This document shows positions 28,018-40,908 of a DNA stretch of 64,000 nucleotides, in pieces. Origin of the DNA: Octopus sinensis. Lineage: Eukaryota. Both the position numbers and the translations under genes were made by a program. Numbering within the stretch: the first letter of the stretch is position 1; the number at the start of each line of letters is the position of its first letter. Below the pieces are notes generated by a model, which saw nothing but the letters and a program-made list of their open reading frames with translations, was not told where the DNA came from and ran no database searches. The stretch spans positions 77,934,001 through 77,998,000 of the forward strand of contig NC_043008.1 in the NCBI RefSeq assembly GCF_006345805.1. The letters run 5' to 3'.

Positions 28018-28250
28018 ATGACGAACTAACTGTTACTTTTTCAGATGCAGTACGGATATTTGTCAGTGAACAGGTCGCGGATTTTAGCGACGAAAATATT
28101 TTGACAAATTAAACTTAAATGTTGAAGTGAACCGAACGGCATTTGTGTGTTTCTTAAATGGCTTACAAACACCTTCCACGCTGCAATCGTTTTCGTTCCA
28201 GCACACGATCTCAATTCAAATCACTTGCTATGTAAGTACATCACCGTAAT
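28018..28250 (+). mobile_element. ~230-bp non-coding repeat containing a hammerhead-like fold with G3:C8 core
   Basis: Homologous to 54357-54588 (minus) and 54591-54716 (plus); flanked by microsatellites. Confidence 0.7.
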
Positions 28251-28257
28251 ATATATA

Positions 28258-28365
<108 letters not shown>

Positions 28366-28498
28366 CATATATAATTAATTAATAAGGGTGAGAGAATTAG
28401 ATACTAATTTAATAGTATATCTATTCAACACCAAGTGGCCTAGTGCTCCGAGAACCTGGATTATTATAATATTTTATAATATATTATAATATTTTTAC

Positions 28499-28594
28499 AA
28501 AATAAATATAAGAGAGTGGTCACTATATGGCTCACTTTTGGATTAACTGGTGCTAGAGTGAGCCATATAGTGACCACTCTCTTATATTTATTTT
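28499..28594. repeat. Perfect 38-bp inverted repeat with 20-nt loop
   Basis: AAAATAAATATAAGAGAGTGGTCACTATATGGCTCACT and its exact reverse complement. Confidence 0.9.
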
Positions 28595-28600
28595 ATATAC

Positions 28601-28725
<125 letters not shown>

Positions 28726-28863
28726 AATATTTATATCGAAACATATATAAATATACATCTAAATATATATATATTTCTATATATATATGTATATATATAA
28801 TATATAAATATATATAAATACATGTATACATATATATTTATACAATTTTACAATTTTTCCTTG

Positions 28864-28931
<68 letters not shown>

Positions 28932-28934
28932 TTT

Positions 28935-31890
28935 GATACTGTGATACTTTGATAGGTTTCGGCCATTATTGGCCCAGGCCATGTCTAACTTAATAGCACC
29001 ACCTGGTGAAGTCTTTCAAGTCAGAATTTGGGCACTATGGCCCACTCAAGTAGAGAGTTATTGTTTACAGAGACATATCCGGGTGTAGGGGGTTTATCCG
29101 GGATTTCTTGAAGGAATCTGTCCAAAGACTTCTTGAACCCTATAGGGTCAGTTTCTGTTTTAATGTGTTTTGGTGTAATGTTAAAGAGAGCGGGGCCAAT
29201 TGAGGTGAAATAATTGTGCCGTATTGTTGTTATGAGATGAGAGTGCGATTTTTGTTTTGGGCGGATGGCACGGGGCCCAAGCCTTGGATGTACCTTAAAG
29301 GTGATGCCAACATCATTTGGGCAATGCTGATGGAATATTTTCCACATCATGCAGATGATGTAGCGCTCACGACGACGTTGGAGAGAATAGAGTTTTAGCT
29401 TTTCTAGTCGACCCCAATAGTCGAGGCCTGTCATGCCATCTATCTTTTTTGTGATTGCCCTTTGAGGTGCTTCAACTTTTATGATACCTTGTATTGTGTG
29501 GGGAGACCACAGTGGACAACAGTATTCAAGGTGGGGTCGGGCAAAAGTGGAGAAGAGAAGGATAATGGTGTGGATATCTCTCGACTGGAAAGTTCTGAGA
29601 ATCCAGGAACACATTCTGCGGGCCATGTCAACTTTGGTGTTTATATGAGTGGCCCAGCTTATGTTGTTGTCCACAATTACTCCCAAGTCTCTGATGTTGT
29701 TGGACGCCGCGAGAGTTTCACCTGAAGGAAGGGAGTATGGGAGTTTCAGGGCATCCTCTTTTCCAAAGTGGATTAGCTCAAATTTATCCTCGTTCAGCAG
29801 CATATTGTTTTTTTCTGCCCATTGGATAACAGCCAGTAGATCTGACTGAAGGCATGTCCGGTCACTCGCCTCATTTATGACCTTCTGTAGCTTGGAGTCA
29901 TCTGCAAAGATTTCTATGTTGCTGTGCTTGATGATGTCATTAATGTCATTAATGTAAATGATGAAAAGAAGTGGGCCCAGCACAGTGCCTTGCGGAACGC
30001 CACTACTGACTTTGGCTGGGCTTGATTTTACCCCTTCAACTACAACATGTTGAGATCTGTCTGTCAGGAAACACTTGATCCATTTCAGTAACTTTCCAGA
30101 GACACCAATGTTGGATAGTGTTTTCAATAGGATCTTGTGATCGACCCTGTCGAAGGCCTTACTGAAATCAAGGTAGATGACATCGGTGTTGGAGCCCTCT
30201 CCCAAAGCTCTCAAAATGTCCTCAAAGTGATGCAGGAGCTGCGTTAGGCAGTCCCTTCCATTACGGAACCCATGTTGGTTGGAGATCAGCCGTCTGTTGC
30301 TTTCCAGAAATTGGGTTATTCGAGATCTCACCACCCTCTCAAATACCTTGATGATATGAGAGGTGAGTGAGATCGGACGGTAATTCACTGCAAAGAACTT
30401 GTTTCCCTTTTTGAAAACTGGGACAACAGACTGGGACAGAAGGTTTTTTGGAATATAGCCAGCATCCAGTGAGTTTCTCCACAGATTAGCAAGGGGAGAT
30501 GCAAGTTGGTGTCGACACACCTTCAGGACACAAGCAGGGAACCTATCGGGGCCTACTGCTGAATTGTGTTTTATTTCGTTTATCGCCGCTAAGACATCAG
30601 GGGCACTAAACGTTATGTCCGATATAGTGTGTTGGGGGTTGACATCACTGATACAGCCCAGATCGGCCATATCAGGATTGCTGAAAACAGAGCAGTATTG
30701 TTTCTGCAGTATCTCGGCCATGGATTTGGCATTATCTTGGAGAGTGCCAGTTTCGTCAATTAGAGGGCCTACAGTGGAGACAGTGACCCTGCGTTTCCTC
30801 GCAAATGAAAAGAACACTTTGGGGTTGAGTTTGATTTTTTCAATGGCCCACTTCTCCTCAGCTGATCTTTGGTTATTGATGAGGGTCTTCATGCATTGTT
30901 GGAGGTTATATTTTTTGGATTCAAGCAGTGCGATAGCCGTCGAATGTGTGTGTTGCTGTTGGCAGTACTTTAGTTTGTTAATTTTTTTGTTTGTTCTTTT
31001 TATTTTTCTGATAATGGTTTTTCTGTTTTGGGGGATTCTGCACTTTTTGTTCACAGGTCTTGGTGGGGAGTGTTTTGCACATATGTCTGTGACGGTGTCT
31101 ACAAAGATCTGCCAAGATGTTTTATGGTTGGTGGAGATGTGTGTATGTGTAAAGGACCAGTCAACATTTGATAGCTCGTTCCTGATTGCATCCCAGTTGG
31201 CTTTGTGGAGATCCATGTTGTCAAATGGGTGGGCTGGAGGAAGGTCACTAGGATTAGCTTTCGGCTGGTGGAATTTCATGTTACAGAGAACCATATCATG
31301 GTCTGAAAGAAGGGTGTTTTCCACTGTAACGTTATGTATAGTGTTAGTGTGGTTACTAAAGACTAGGTCCAAAATGTTCTGATGTCTTGTTGGTGCAAGG
31401 ACAAGTTGGGACAAGAAAAACTCATTCGTAAAGTCGAAAAGTGACTCTGCTGCTTCTTTGTCAGCGGTTGAGGCGGGAGTGCTTGGTTTCAAACAGTTTG
31501 TAGTCCAGTCAACACAGGATAGATTGAAGTCTCCCATCATGAGTATGTTGCTAGAATGGCACTGTTGAATAGAGCACTTAATGCTGTTGAGGCATTCTTT
31601 AAAGCACAGTATGGGTGTTTGGGGCGGCCTATAGAGCCCAATTACTGTCAGGTCATTGGCTTTGTTGTGCACGGTGACTGATTCACAGTAGCCGTTGGAG
31701 AATATACTATTTCCATCTGCCGTAAATGAATCATGCAGGAAAATGGCAGTTGCACCCTTCCTCCTGCCGATACGATCCGCGCGGATGGTTGTGAAATTCT
31801 TCACTCTCACTTCGGCTTCCAAGTGGGAGTTGACAAGGTGGGTCTCAGTGAGAATGAAGAAAGGGATGTGGTGTGAATGGTTACCACATA
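28935..31890 (-). mobile_element. CR1-type LINE with uninterrupted ORF2 (APE endonuclease + RT), slightly 5'-truncated
   Basis: ORF 29021..31822 (933 aa), frame extending upstream to FILTETHL. APE motifs GLYRPP, MGDFN, ILDLVF, SDH; RT motifs [38 protein letters not shown]; short repeated 3' tail AAAGTATC. Confidence 0.92.
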
Positions 31891-32169
31891 AACGTAAATA
31901 AATGGTACAACGAAGTACCGATATTTACTGGAAATAATTTATGTATAATTTTACCCTGACGGGCTATTCTTTACTGGAAAGCAATACTCTCGTATTGCAT
32001 TACTATATATATATATATATGTATATGCCTAAATATATATATATATATGATTGTATGTATATATGTATGTGTATATAAATATATAATTAATTATATATAT
32101 GTATATATATATATATATATTATATATATATATAATATATATATATATACATATATATATATTTATAAT

Positions 32170-32420
32170 TATAAACTGTTGTGTCTGGGGTGATTCATTT
32201 TCGTTGCGTCTTGCAACCTTTTCAATACTCTTGAAAAGGTTGCAGGACGCAACGAAAATTTTAAGAAAATGAAAATAAGAAATAAGTGGAAATTTTACAG
32301 GTGAGTCTGTTAAATTATAAGACTAAAAAGAAAAGGACTCTCCCCAGACACAACAGAATATGCTTCAACGCACGAACTCACATAAAGAATCTTGCAAACT
32401 AAATACAAAAACGAAATATA
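32170..32420. repeat. Repeat family copy with 28-bp hairpin (32198-32258)
   Basis: TTTTCGTTGCGTCTTGCAACCTTTTCAA-tactc-TTGAAAAGGTTGCAGGACGCAACGAAAA; homologous to 13970-14120. Confidence 0.7.
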
Positions 32421-32427
32421 AGTACAT

Positions 32428-32492
<65 letters not shown>

Positions 32493-32494
32493 CT

Positions 32495-35460
32495 TAAATC
32501 CTTAAAAATGTCTTAGCCCGAAGGCCGCGGCCATGCTGGGGCTCCACCGCTGAATGAGCTACACTAATTTGTGAATCCACCTCTGATACGTGGCACTTGA
32601 TCAAGAAGGGAGTTCGATGCTGCTGCCCGCATCTGCGTCTCCTGTCGTGGGGTAGGTTCATCTGGGACTCCCAACAAGAAGAGATCCAGTTTAGTTTTAA
32701 AGAAACCCACATCCACACCATGTAAGTCTCTCAGGAATTTAGGGAGGATGTTAAAGAGCTGTAGTCCTCTGAAACCCAAGCTGTTGCAGTATCTGGACCT
32801 GTATTTTGATGGTGATGTTGGAATCTTTGGCACCATGCAGTGGCGCCCCGTTCTGCGGTTGGGGTAACTTTGAATACCAAAGTTTGGGACAAGACCCTCC
32901 AGGATTTTCCAGATGTATATCACCGCATATCTCTCCCGCCTCCGCTCTAGGGAGAAGAGGTTTAATACCTTCAGTCTTTCCCAGTAGCTGATATTTTGCA
33001 TTGAGACGGTTTTCTTTGTGTAGCTTCTCTGAATTGCTTCGAGTTCTGCTGTTAGTTTTATATTGTGTGGTGACCACAGTTGGGAGCAGTAGTCCAAGCG
33101 GCTGAGTACGAATGTTTTCCATAGGACCTTCAGTGTCTCCTTCTCTCTTGTTCTGAAAGTTCGGAGAATCCATCCAGCTAGCCGTCTGCATTTTATCACC
33201 AGATTAGCAATATGCACTTGGAAAGATGCATCATTGCTCATGTCAATGCCCAGGCCACGCACTGATTTTGACTCAGGGATTGCAATTCTTCCTGGGCCAG
33301 TGTATCCAGTCTGCACGTCGTTTACCTTTGTGTGCCAGTAGCGCAGGGCCTGGAACTTGCCTGCATTAAACTGCATGTTGTTGTCCTCAGCCCACCTGTA
33401 TATTGTGTCCAACTCCTGTTGCAGATGCGCAATATTTTCAGGGTTTTGTATTGCGTGGGAGACTTTTGTGTCATCTGTATAGCTAGCAAGGGTGGTCATC
33501 GTAGCAACTGAAGGCATGTCTGAAAGGGTCACTATGAACATCAGTGGCCCCAAGACAGTGCCCTGTGGGACACCGCTTGTTATTTGTGTTTCCTTGGAGG
33601 CGGCTCCATTGCTCACAACTGCCTGTTTTCTGTCTTTTAGGAAGTTGTGCAGCCACTCTCCAAGTTTTCCGCCTATGCCGAGACCACGCAGTTTGTGACA
33701 GATCATACCATGCTCGACCTTATCAAAGGCTTTTGCAAAGTCGAGATATATTACATCCACATTTGAGCCATTCAGTAGCTGTTTCAACACCCAGTCATAG
33801 TGTTGCAGGAGCTGTGTTAGGCAGCTTCTACCTGGTCGAAATCCATGCTGGGTGTCAGACAGCAAGTCATTTTCTTCAAGAAACATGATTAGTTTCTTAC
33901 GGACTATTCGTTCCATGACTTTGCTGATGCGTGAGGTCAGAGAGATAGGCCTATAATTTTTAGCATCTGCTCTGCTACCTCCCTTATGGATAGGGCATAT
34001 TACCCCCTCTTTCAATTTGACTGGGAGCTTACCACTTGCAAGAAAGCTCTGAAAAAGAAGCTGTAGCGTTTTGCAAGGGCTCGTTTGCACGATTTGAGAA
34101 GATTCGCTGGGAATCCATCAGGTCCAGCAGCTGAGTTTGTGTCAATCTCATCTATGGCTAGTGTGATATCATCATCTTCGATGTTGATGTACTCAATTGT
34201 TGCCTCTTTGGCCGCAGGTAAAGTGGTAAAGAATTCTTCTGGGTTGTTTACTTGCCTGCGTTCTAGAGGTGTAGTGAACACACTTTGGAATTGTTCGTTC
34301 AGTATTTCACTTATCCTCGTGGGATTTCCTGTGAGAGAGCCATCTTTTTGGAAGAGAGGTCCTATTCCCTGGTGCACTGTGGCTGTCTCTTTGGCAAACT
34401 TAAAGAAAGCTTTAGGGTTTGATTTTATATTTTCTATTACCCAAGCTTCTTTATCTGCTCTCTCCTTTTCATGGGACTGATGCAGACTTTTCTCAGTTTC
34501 CATTAGCATTCTCTCAAGCCGAGACTTCTCACCACTTTTGGTGTGCTTGCTCAGGCGGTTTGCAATCCTTGTCCGTCGTCTCATAAGAATCTTCCTTTCT
34601 CTAGGGATCCTGTTTTTGTTTTTGTGTGTGCTGGCCCTGCACACTGGGACATATTTGTCACATATGGCTTGTATTATGGACATGAAGTGTTTGTGCTTCA
34701 TGTTTATGTCCGGTGTGGAGAGACATTCAAGCCAATCCTGTTTGAGGATCTCTTTCTCAATCAACTTCCAGTTTGCTTTATGAAAGTTTAAGTTGGAGAG
34801 ATGGTGTATGCTTCGTATAGGCTATGTGTCTACGGGGGCTTTTGTTCCATACATAGACAGCTCTATTATGTTGTGATCCGTGATCATTGTCGGCATCACA
34901 TTAACATTATGGATAATATCCATATTGTTTGTGAAGCAGAGATCCAGTATATTATCTGCCCTTGTTGGTTGCAGAACTCTTTGCTCCATGAAAGAGGCAT
35001 TTGTGAGTTGGAGCAGGGACTCTGCCTGTGCCTGCTGATGTGTCATCCCTGGGAGCATCTACGCCCCAGGCCATTCCACATTGGGGAGGTTAAAGTCACC
35101 CATGAAGAATACACTGTTGTGTTGTTCAAGGTTGGTGAGGACTTCTCCTATTTTTGTTAGGCAGTCTTCAAACATGCCTGAGTGATTTGGGGCATCTGGT
35201 GGGCGATATGTAGTGCATATGACGATATTCAGTTGTCTTATGTGTACAATTTGAGTTTCACACACTGAGTTTGAATATGACAACAGGACCTGGGGCATGA
35301 GGTCATCTCGGATGTACATTGCAACTCCACCATGGCTCCTCCCTTTTCTATCTGTGCGTATGACTGCATATTGCGGCATGTGTATTTCTGCATCACCTAT
35401 ATCGGGTTCAAGATGCGTTTCTGTGAGTGCAATGCATATATTTATATTTATATACATACA
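32495..35460 (-). mobile_element. Near full-length CR1-type LINE ORF2 broken by frameshifts
   Basis: ORFs 35059..35457 (ALTETHL, TYRPP, MGDFN), 34822..35058, 34012..34764 and 32564..34090 (RT; YTDDTK); 3' UTR with CAGCATGGCCGCGGCC stem. Confidence 0.92.
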
Positions 35461-35854
35461 TATATATATATCTAAATATATTGATAATAATATGACAACA
35501 AAAGAATGAATGATACCTCGGTATTATGCAAATAGAGGAATTTATATATATATATAATATAATATAATATAATATAATATAATATAATATAAGATAATCA
35601 GTTAGTTGTCATAATAATACTCAGAGTTCCAGATGTCGGAGCTAAAAGATATCCACATCACTTGTTAAAACAAAAACGCTACGAAAAAGAGCGTTGAATA
35701 AATGGAAGTTACTCTAATACGTGTGGTGAAAGTAAATAAACGTAAAAGGTACAAGATATTATAGCAATGCAGCCACGTAAAGGTAGAAATATCGTTCATA
35801 AAATCTACACACGTACACATGTATATGTACATACACATACGTACATACGTACTC

Positions 35855-35885
<31 letters not shown>

Positions 35886-36576
35886 TACATACTCACATAT
35901 AATAGAAATATTAAAATTACTAAGTCTCTCTAAAAGAGAACAACGGCAGCGTTCCCGGAAAATAATAGTTATCGCCATACTAATATGGCATTCTATTTGT
36001 GTATCAAATAGCTAACTTAAGGCGATGGCCTCATGGAGCTAATAAGCGGACAGCTTTATTCTTATTTTTATAAGAATGCCATATTAGTATGGCGATAACT
36101 ATTATCATACTCACATACATAAATATATATATGCATGCACACACATACACATGCATACACGCATCTACACACCTATATGTACCCATGCACGCATTATTAT
36201 ACTCATATACAGATCTCTACACGCACATACATACGCATATACATATATATGTATGTATATATATATATATATATATATAACTTCATCTTCACATAAAAAA
36301 GCTTACATCTACCTTAGAACTTATATAAAAATACTTATACAAAACCGTAAATAATATGCATGTGTTAACGTTCGTAGCAGGAATATATTCACACACGCCA
36401 CATGTATGAATATACATATACACATTTACACACGCGGATAGACAAAACCCCCGCATATGCATATATATATACAAATATACACTCACGTACGTATAAATAC
36501 ATTTTCAACATTATTCTCGCGTAGATATAAGACATTTATACAAATGAAAACACATACGCAAAACATAAAACGTATA

Positions 36577-37858
36577 CGGGGGACGTTCAATAAGTAATGC
36601 CTCTGACCCACTTGCAGTTGTTTGATCTGAAATTTTGCATGTGCAATTATTTATATCTCTATAGAGTAAGTGGCAAATTACAGCTCTGAATTAATTGTGG
36701 TTTCTGATTTACAGGTGTTTGAACCGAGTCAGGTGTGAAATGGAGCCTGTTGAGTGTCGAGCAGTGATCCGGTTTCTGTATTTGAAAGGACGCACACCAC
36801 GGGAGACTTTTGATGAAATGAAAGTAACTTATGGTGATGATGCCCCATCATATGACCTTGTAAAACGCTGGCATCGTGAATTCAAACATGGTCGGAACTC
36901 TGTGGAAACAGCTCCCAGATCTGGTCGCCCCCTTCTGCCATTGATGAGGCTTCTGTCCGTCAAGTTGAGGCTGCCATTTTGGAAGATCGACGCATAATTA
37001 TTCGCCAAATAGCCCATGAGGTCAAGATTAGTACCGGGTCTGTGGAAACTATCATTCATGACCATTTGCATATGCAAAAGGTGTCTGCCAGATGGATTCC
37101 CAGGTTGCTCACGCCTTTCCAGAAGCAAGAACGCGTCGAAGGCTCGAGGGGGAATTTGGAGATGAGCCAAGAAGATGAGTCAAAATTTTTCAAAAGACTG
37201 ATTACACAGGATGAAACCTGGGTCCATCACGATGATCCAGAGACCAAATCCCAGTCAATGCAGTGGAAGCACCGTGACTCACCCCCTCCAAAGAAGGCAA
37301 GGGTTGCAGCCCTCCGCTGGCAAGTCATGCTCACAGTCTTCTGGGACCAGGACGGAGTAGTGATGACAGATTTCCTGGCAAAGGGTACCACAATTACAGG
37401 AGTCTATTATGCTTCACTTTTGAGGAAATTAAGAGAAGTTATCAAAATCAAGAGGCGGGGCAAGATCAGCAAAGGCATCCTCCTCCTGCAGGACAACGCT
37501 CCGGTCCACAACTCGCTTGTCGCCAGATCAGAAGCACAGGCGTATGGCTATGAACTCCTCCCCCATCCCCCCTACTTTCCTGACCTTGCACCCTTTGATT
37601 TTCACCTCTTCCCAATCATGAAGTTGTTTTTGAAAGGAAAGCGTTTCCCAGATGATGCAGCCTTGATTTCTGAAGTCACGTTGAGGTTGGAGGACCAAGC
37701 TGGGTTCTTCTACAAAAACGGTCTCCAGAGCCGCATCAAACGATGGGAGAAATGCGTAACTCTGGTTGGTTCCTCTGTAGAAAAAAGACTAATAACTGTT
37801 TCGTTGCTCTACTGCTATGGGAAGTGGGTCAGGGGCATTACTTATTGAACGCCCCTCG
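36577..37858 (+). mobile_element. Complete mariner transposon (D,D34D), one frameshift; irritans-like (inference)
   Basis: ~37-bp TIRs CG(G/A)GGG(A/G)CGTTCAATAAGTAATGCC(T/C)CTGACCCACTT, TA on both sides, 1282 bp. Transposase MEPVECRAVIRFL..., WIPRLL, TQDETWVH, LQDNAP, FPDLAPFDF. Confidence 0.93.
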
Positions 37859-38374
37859 TACATATTCACATTCACCGCAAACATGAATATATATATGAAT
37901 TATATATGTATAATTTATATATATTTGCCTACTTTGTTGTTTATATTATCGGTTATCCATTAACCAATCATAACAAAGTCATGGCCTTTCAAAACAATAG
38001 ATGAACAATTAGATTACGGGACTGACCATAACTCCCTCCCCACTTCCCGCAGGGTTTCAGTAACTCGATAAGCAAAATGTAACGGAAAATAATAAAGTAT
38101 CTTGATTAATACCCGGAAATGTATTACTTTAGTATCGAATAACATCACAAGTTTTAAAGGTCCACTTACTGTGGACCTTTATCTGAAGACCTCAATAGAA
38201 AACATATCGCATGTTTATATGTATGTATATATATGTGTGCATGCATTTATATATATTTATATGTTTGTGTATAATTATTATAATTATATGAAAAGAAAAC
38301 TACGAAGTACTAAAGAAATCCTCCCTTCTCGGTACATAAAATATGTATGTGTTTACGGGTATGTTTGTACGTAA

Positions 38375-38462
<88 letters not shown>

Positions 38463-38818
38463 ATATATATATATGTGTGGTGTGTGTGTGTGTGGTGTGT
38501 GTGTGTGTGTGTATGTGTGTGTTTAATATAAAAATATATAAATATGTATTCCTCATTTATATACCTTTTCTACCCAGAAAACTACATTACCATTCAGCTA
38601 GATTGATAATTTAGATTGCACTTTCCTCTGTTTATACTTTATCTAATAAGAATAATATAATACACCTAATAATAATAATAATTGATTCCGTTGTATGCAT
38701 TTACATACATATATATATATATAAATGTATGTATATGTATTTATGTATATTTATGCATATATATGTATATATATGTATGCATTTATATTTATAACTTAAC
38801 CTTATGAACTTTCTAAAC

Positions 38819-38940
38819 TCTCTGACGAAGCCCAGAGGCACAAGCAAGTACCTTAATTTTATCTACCAAACATTTCACTTCACTGAAGTGATGGAAGTAA
38901 AGTAGGGTACTGTGACCTCTTGGATGAAACAACTGTAAGA
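38819..38940 (+). ncRNA. Hammerhead motif with greatly extended helix II
   Basis: tct-CTGACGA (38822-28), then a 97-nt hairpin (ccagagg.cac/gtg.cctc.tgg; agtacc/ggtact; cacttc/gaagtg), then GAAAC-AACT-GTA-aga. Confidence 0.6.
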
Positions 38941-39340
38941 AAATATTCTACTTTCTATGTTCCATGTTATATATTTCAATAATTACTGGTATTTTTATAT
39001 ATGTAAAGCATAATTTGTTATACATTTATGTATAGTTATAATTGTTTTTTTTTAAATAAATGGACATAATATAATGTCTAAAGGCTGATGAATACCACCA
39101 CTTGATCCCCTCCAATTTCTTATTGGCATATAAATTAAGGGTAAAACAACTTTTTACCCTCACCCATTTATTACATTTAGTAGTGTAAGTGCCACGTAAT
39201 GAAAAACACTTGTGTATTAATAATTTAGTAATCTACCGTAATCTACCTTTAGTTGGTTGGATTCACAACCTCAAATTCTCTTGGAATTATATATAAATAT
39301 AAATATACATATGTATGTATATATATATATATATATATAA

Positions 39341-39382
<42 letters not shown>

Positions 39383-39389
39383 AGGATAT

Positions 39390-39760
39390 ACAAAGTTAGG
39401 ATATACAAACCGTTAGATCTACATGTGCTTCTAACAGTCTGTGCGTCTAGGATTACGATGGCTTCCCACTAAAGAACCTGGCCTGGCAAATATATTCTGT
39501 GTGTTTGCTAAAAATAGGTAGAAACCGTTCGGTCTGGGATATAGCTGAGATGGTAAATGTTTTTAATTTACATTCCTTTCATGAATTTAACCCTTTTTGT
39601 GTTTCTAGCACTACGCTTCCTTATTTGGAAGCCTTTTATTATATTTCTATACGAAAAATATATAGTCTAAGGACTAACTCGTCTTTTGTGCTAGGCCACT
39701 GGTACTAATAATTTATTTTATTACCCTATTTGATTATGTTTATATATATATATATATATC
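39390..39760 (+). mobile_element. Diverged copy of the 22385-family HHR element; HHR at 39464-39539 has G5A
   Basis: tccca-CTAAAGA-acc...ggta-GAAAC-CGTTCG-GTC-tggga; flanks align with the 22-kb element (GTCTTTTGTGCT(A/G)GGCCACTGGTA). Confidence 0.65.
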
Positions 39761-39792
39761 TATATATATATAGATATATATATGTGTGTGTG

Positions 39793-39840
<48 letters not shown>

Positions 39841-39890
39841 GTATATGTATATAATATATGTATATATATATACGTTTAAATATTTGTTGA

Positions 39891-40125
39891 GCCATTTTTA
39901 TTTCTATTGTATGTCTTCATTTGCGCATGCTTATATCTCTATGTGCGTCTATGTTTATTCAGTATGTGTGTGGGGGGATGCCTGTAATATTTGTATCTTC
40001 TGTTTATAAACAGAAGATACAAATATTACAGGCATCCCCCCCCACACACACACTAAATAAACATAGACGCACATAGAGACATAAGCATGCGCAAATGAAA
40101 ACATACAATAGAAATACAAAATGGC
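39891..40125. repeat. Loop-less palindrome, ~117-bp arms, centre 40006/40007
   Basis: ...GTATCTTCTGTTTA|TAAACAGAAGATAC...; the track shows mirror ORFs both ending GDACNICIFCL. Confidence 0.9.
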
Positions 40126-40327
40126 TGACGGTTAGTAAGGAGAGACACAAATAAGTGAGAAGAAAACAAAGGACCACTGATGCAGTCACAGGAGTGTGAC
40201 GAAAGAACTCTGGCCGAAATAAGATTAAGATTAATGTAAAAAATAAATATCACTGAAGCAAAATAACACCAAACATATAGTGCGTGTGTTTTATTGGCTA
40301 AACTGGCAATATGACCATTCCGAAATA

Positions 40328-40382
<55 letters not shown>

Positions 40383-40387
<5 letters not shown>

Positions 40388-40474
40388 CATTGCCATGATA
40401 GATCGGTGGCCACTACACCTCTTTCTTTTTCCTATTTTTCGTGAACTTTCCCCTATATAAATATATATATATAT

Positions 40475-40524
<50 letters not shown>

Positions 40525-40556
40525 AAAAATAGGATAAAATCTTCATAAGAAGATAC

Positions 40557-40587
<31 letters not shown>

Positions 40588-40773
40588 GTGTGTGTTGTGT
40601 GTGGTTGTGTATGTGTATTATATATATATATATTATATATATATATATAAATCAGTTGCCATCAATAGATCGGTGGCCACTACACACATCTTTTCTTTCC
40701 TATTTTTCGTGAACTCTCCCCTATATATTATATATAATTTTAAAATAGGATAAAATCTTCATAAAATACATAT

Positions 40774-40841
<68 letters not shown>

Positions 40842-40869
40842 GTGTGTGTGTGTGTGTGTTGTGTGTGTG

Positions 40870-40908
<39 letters not shown>

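Noticed and set aside
30564-31382. 272-aa plus-strand ORF
   Set aside because: Antisense to the CR1 ORF2; typical shadow frame.
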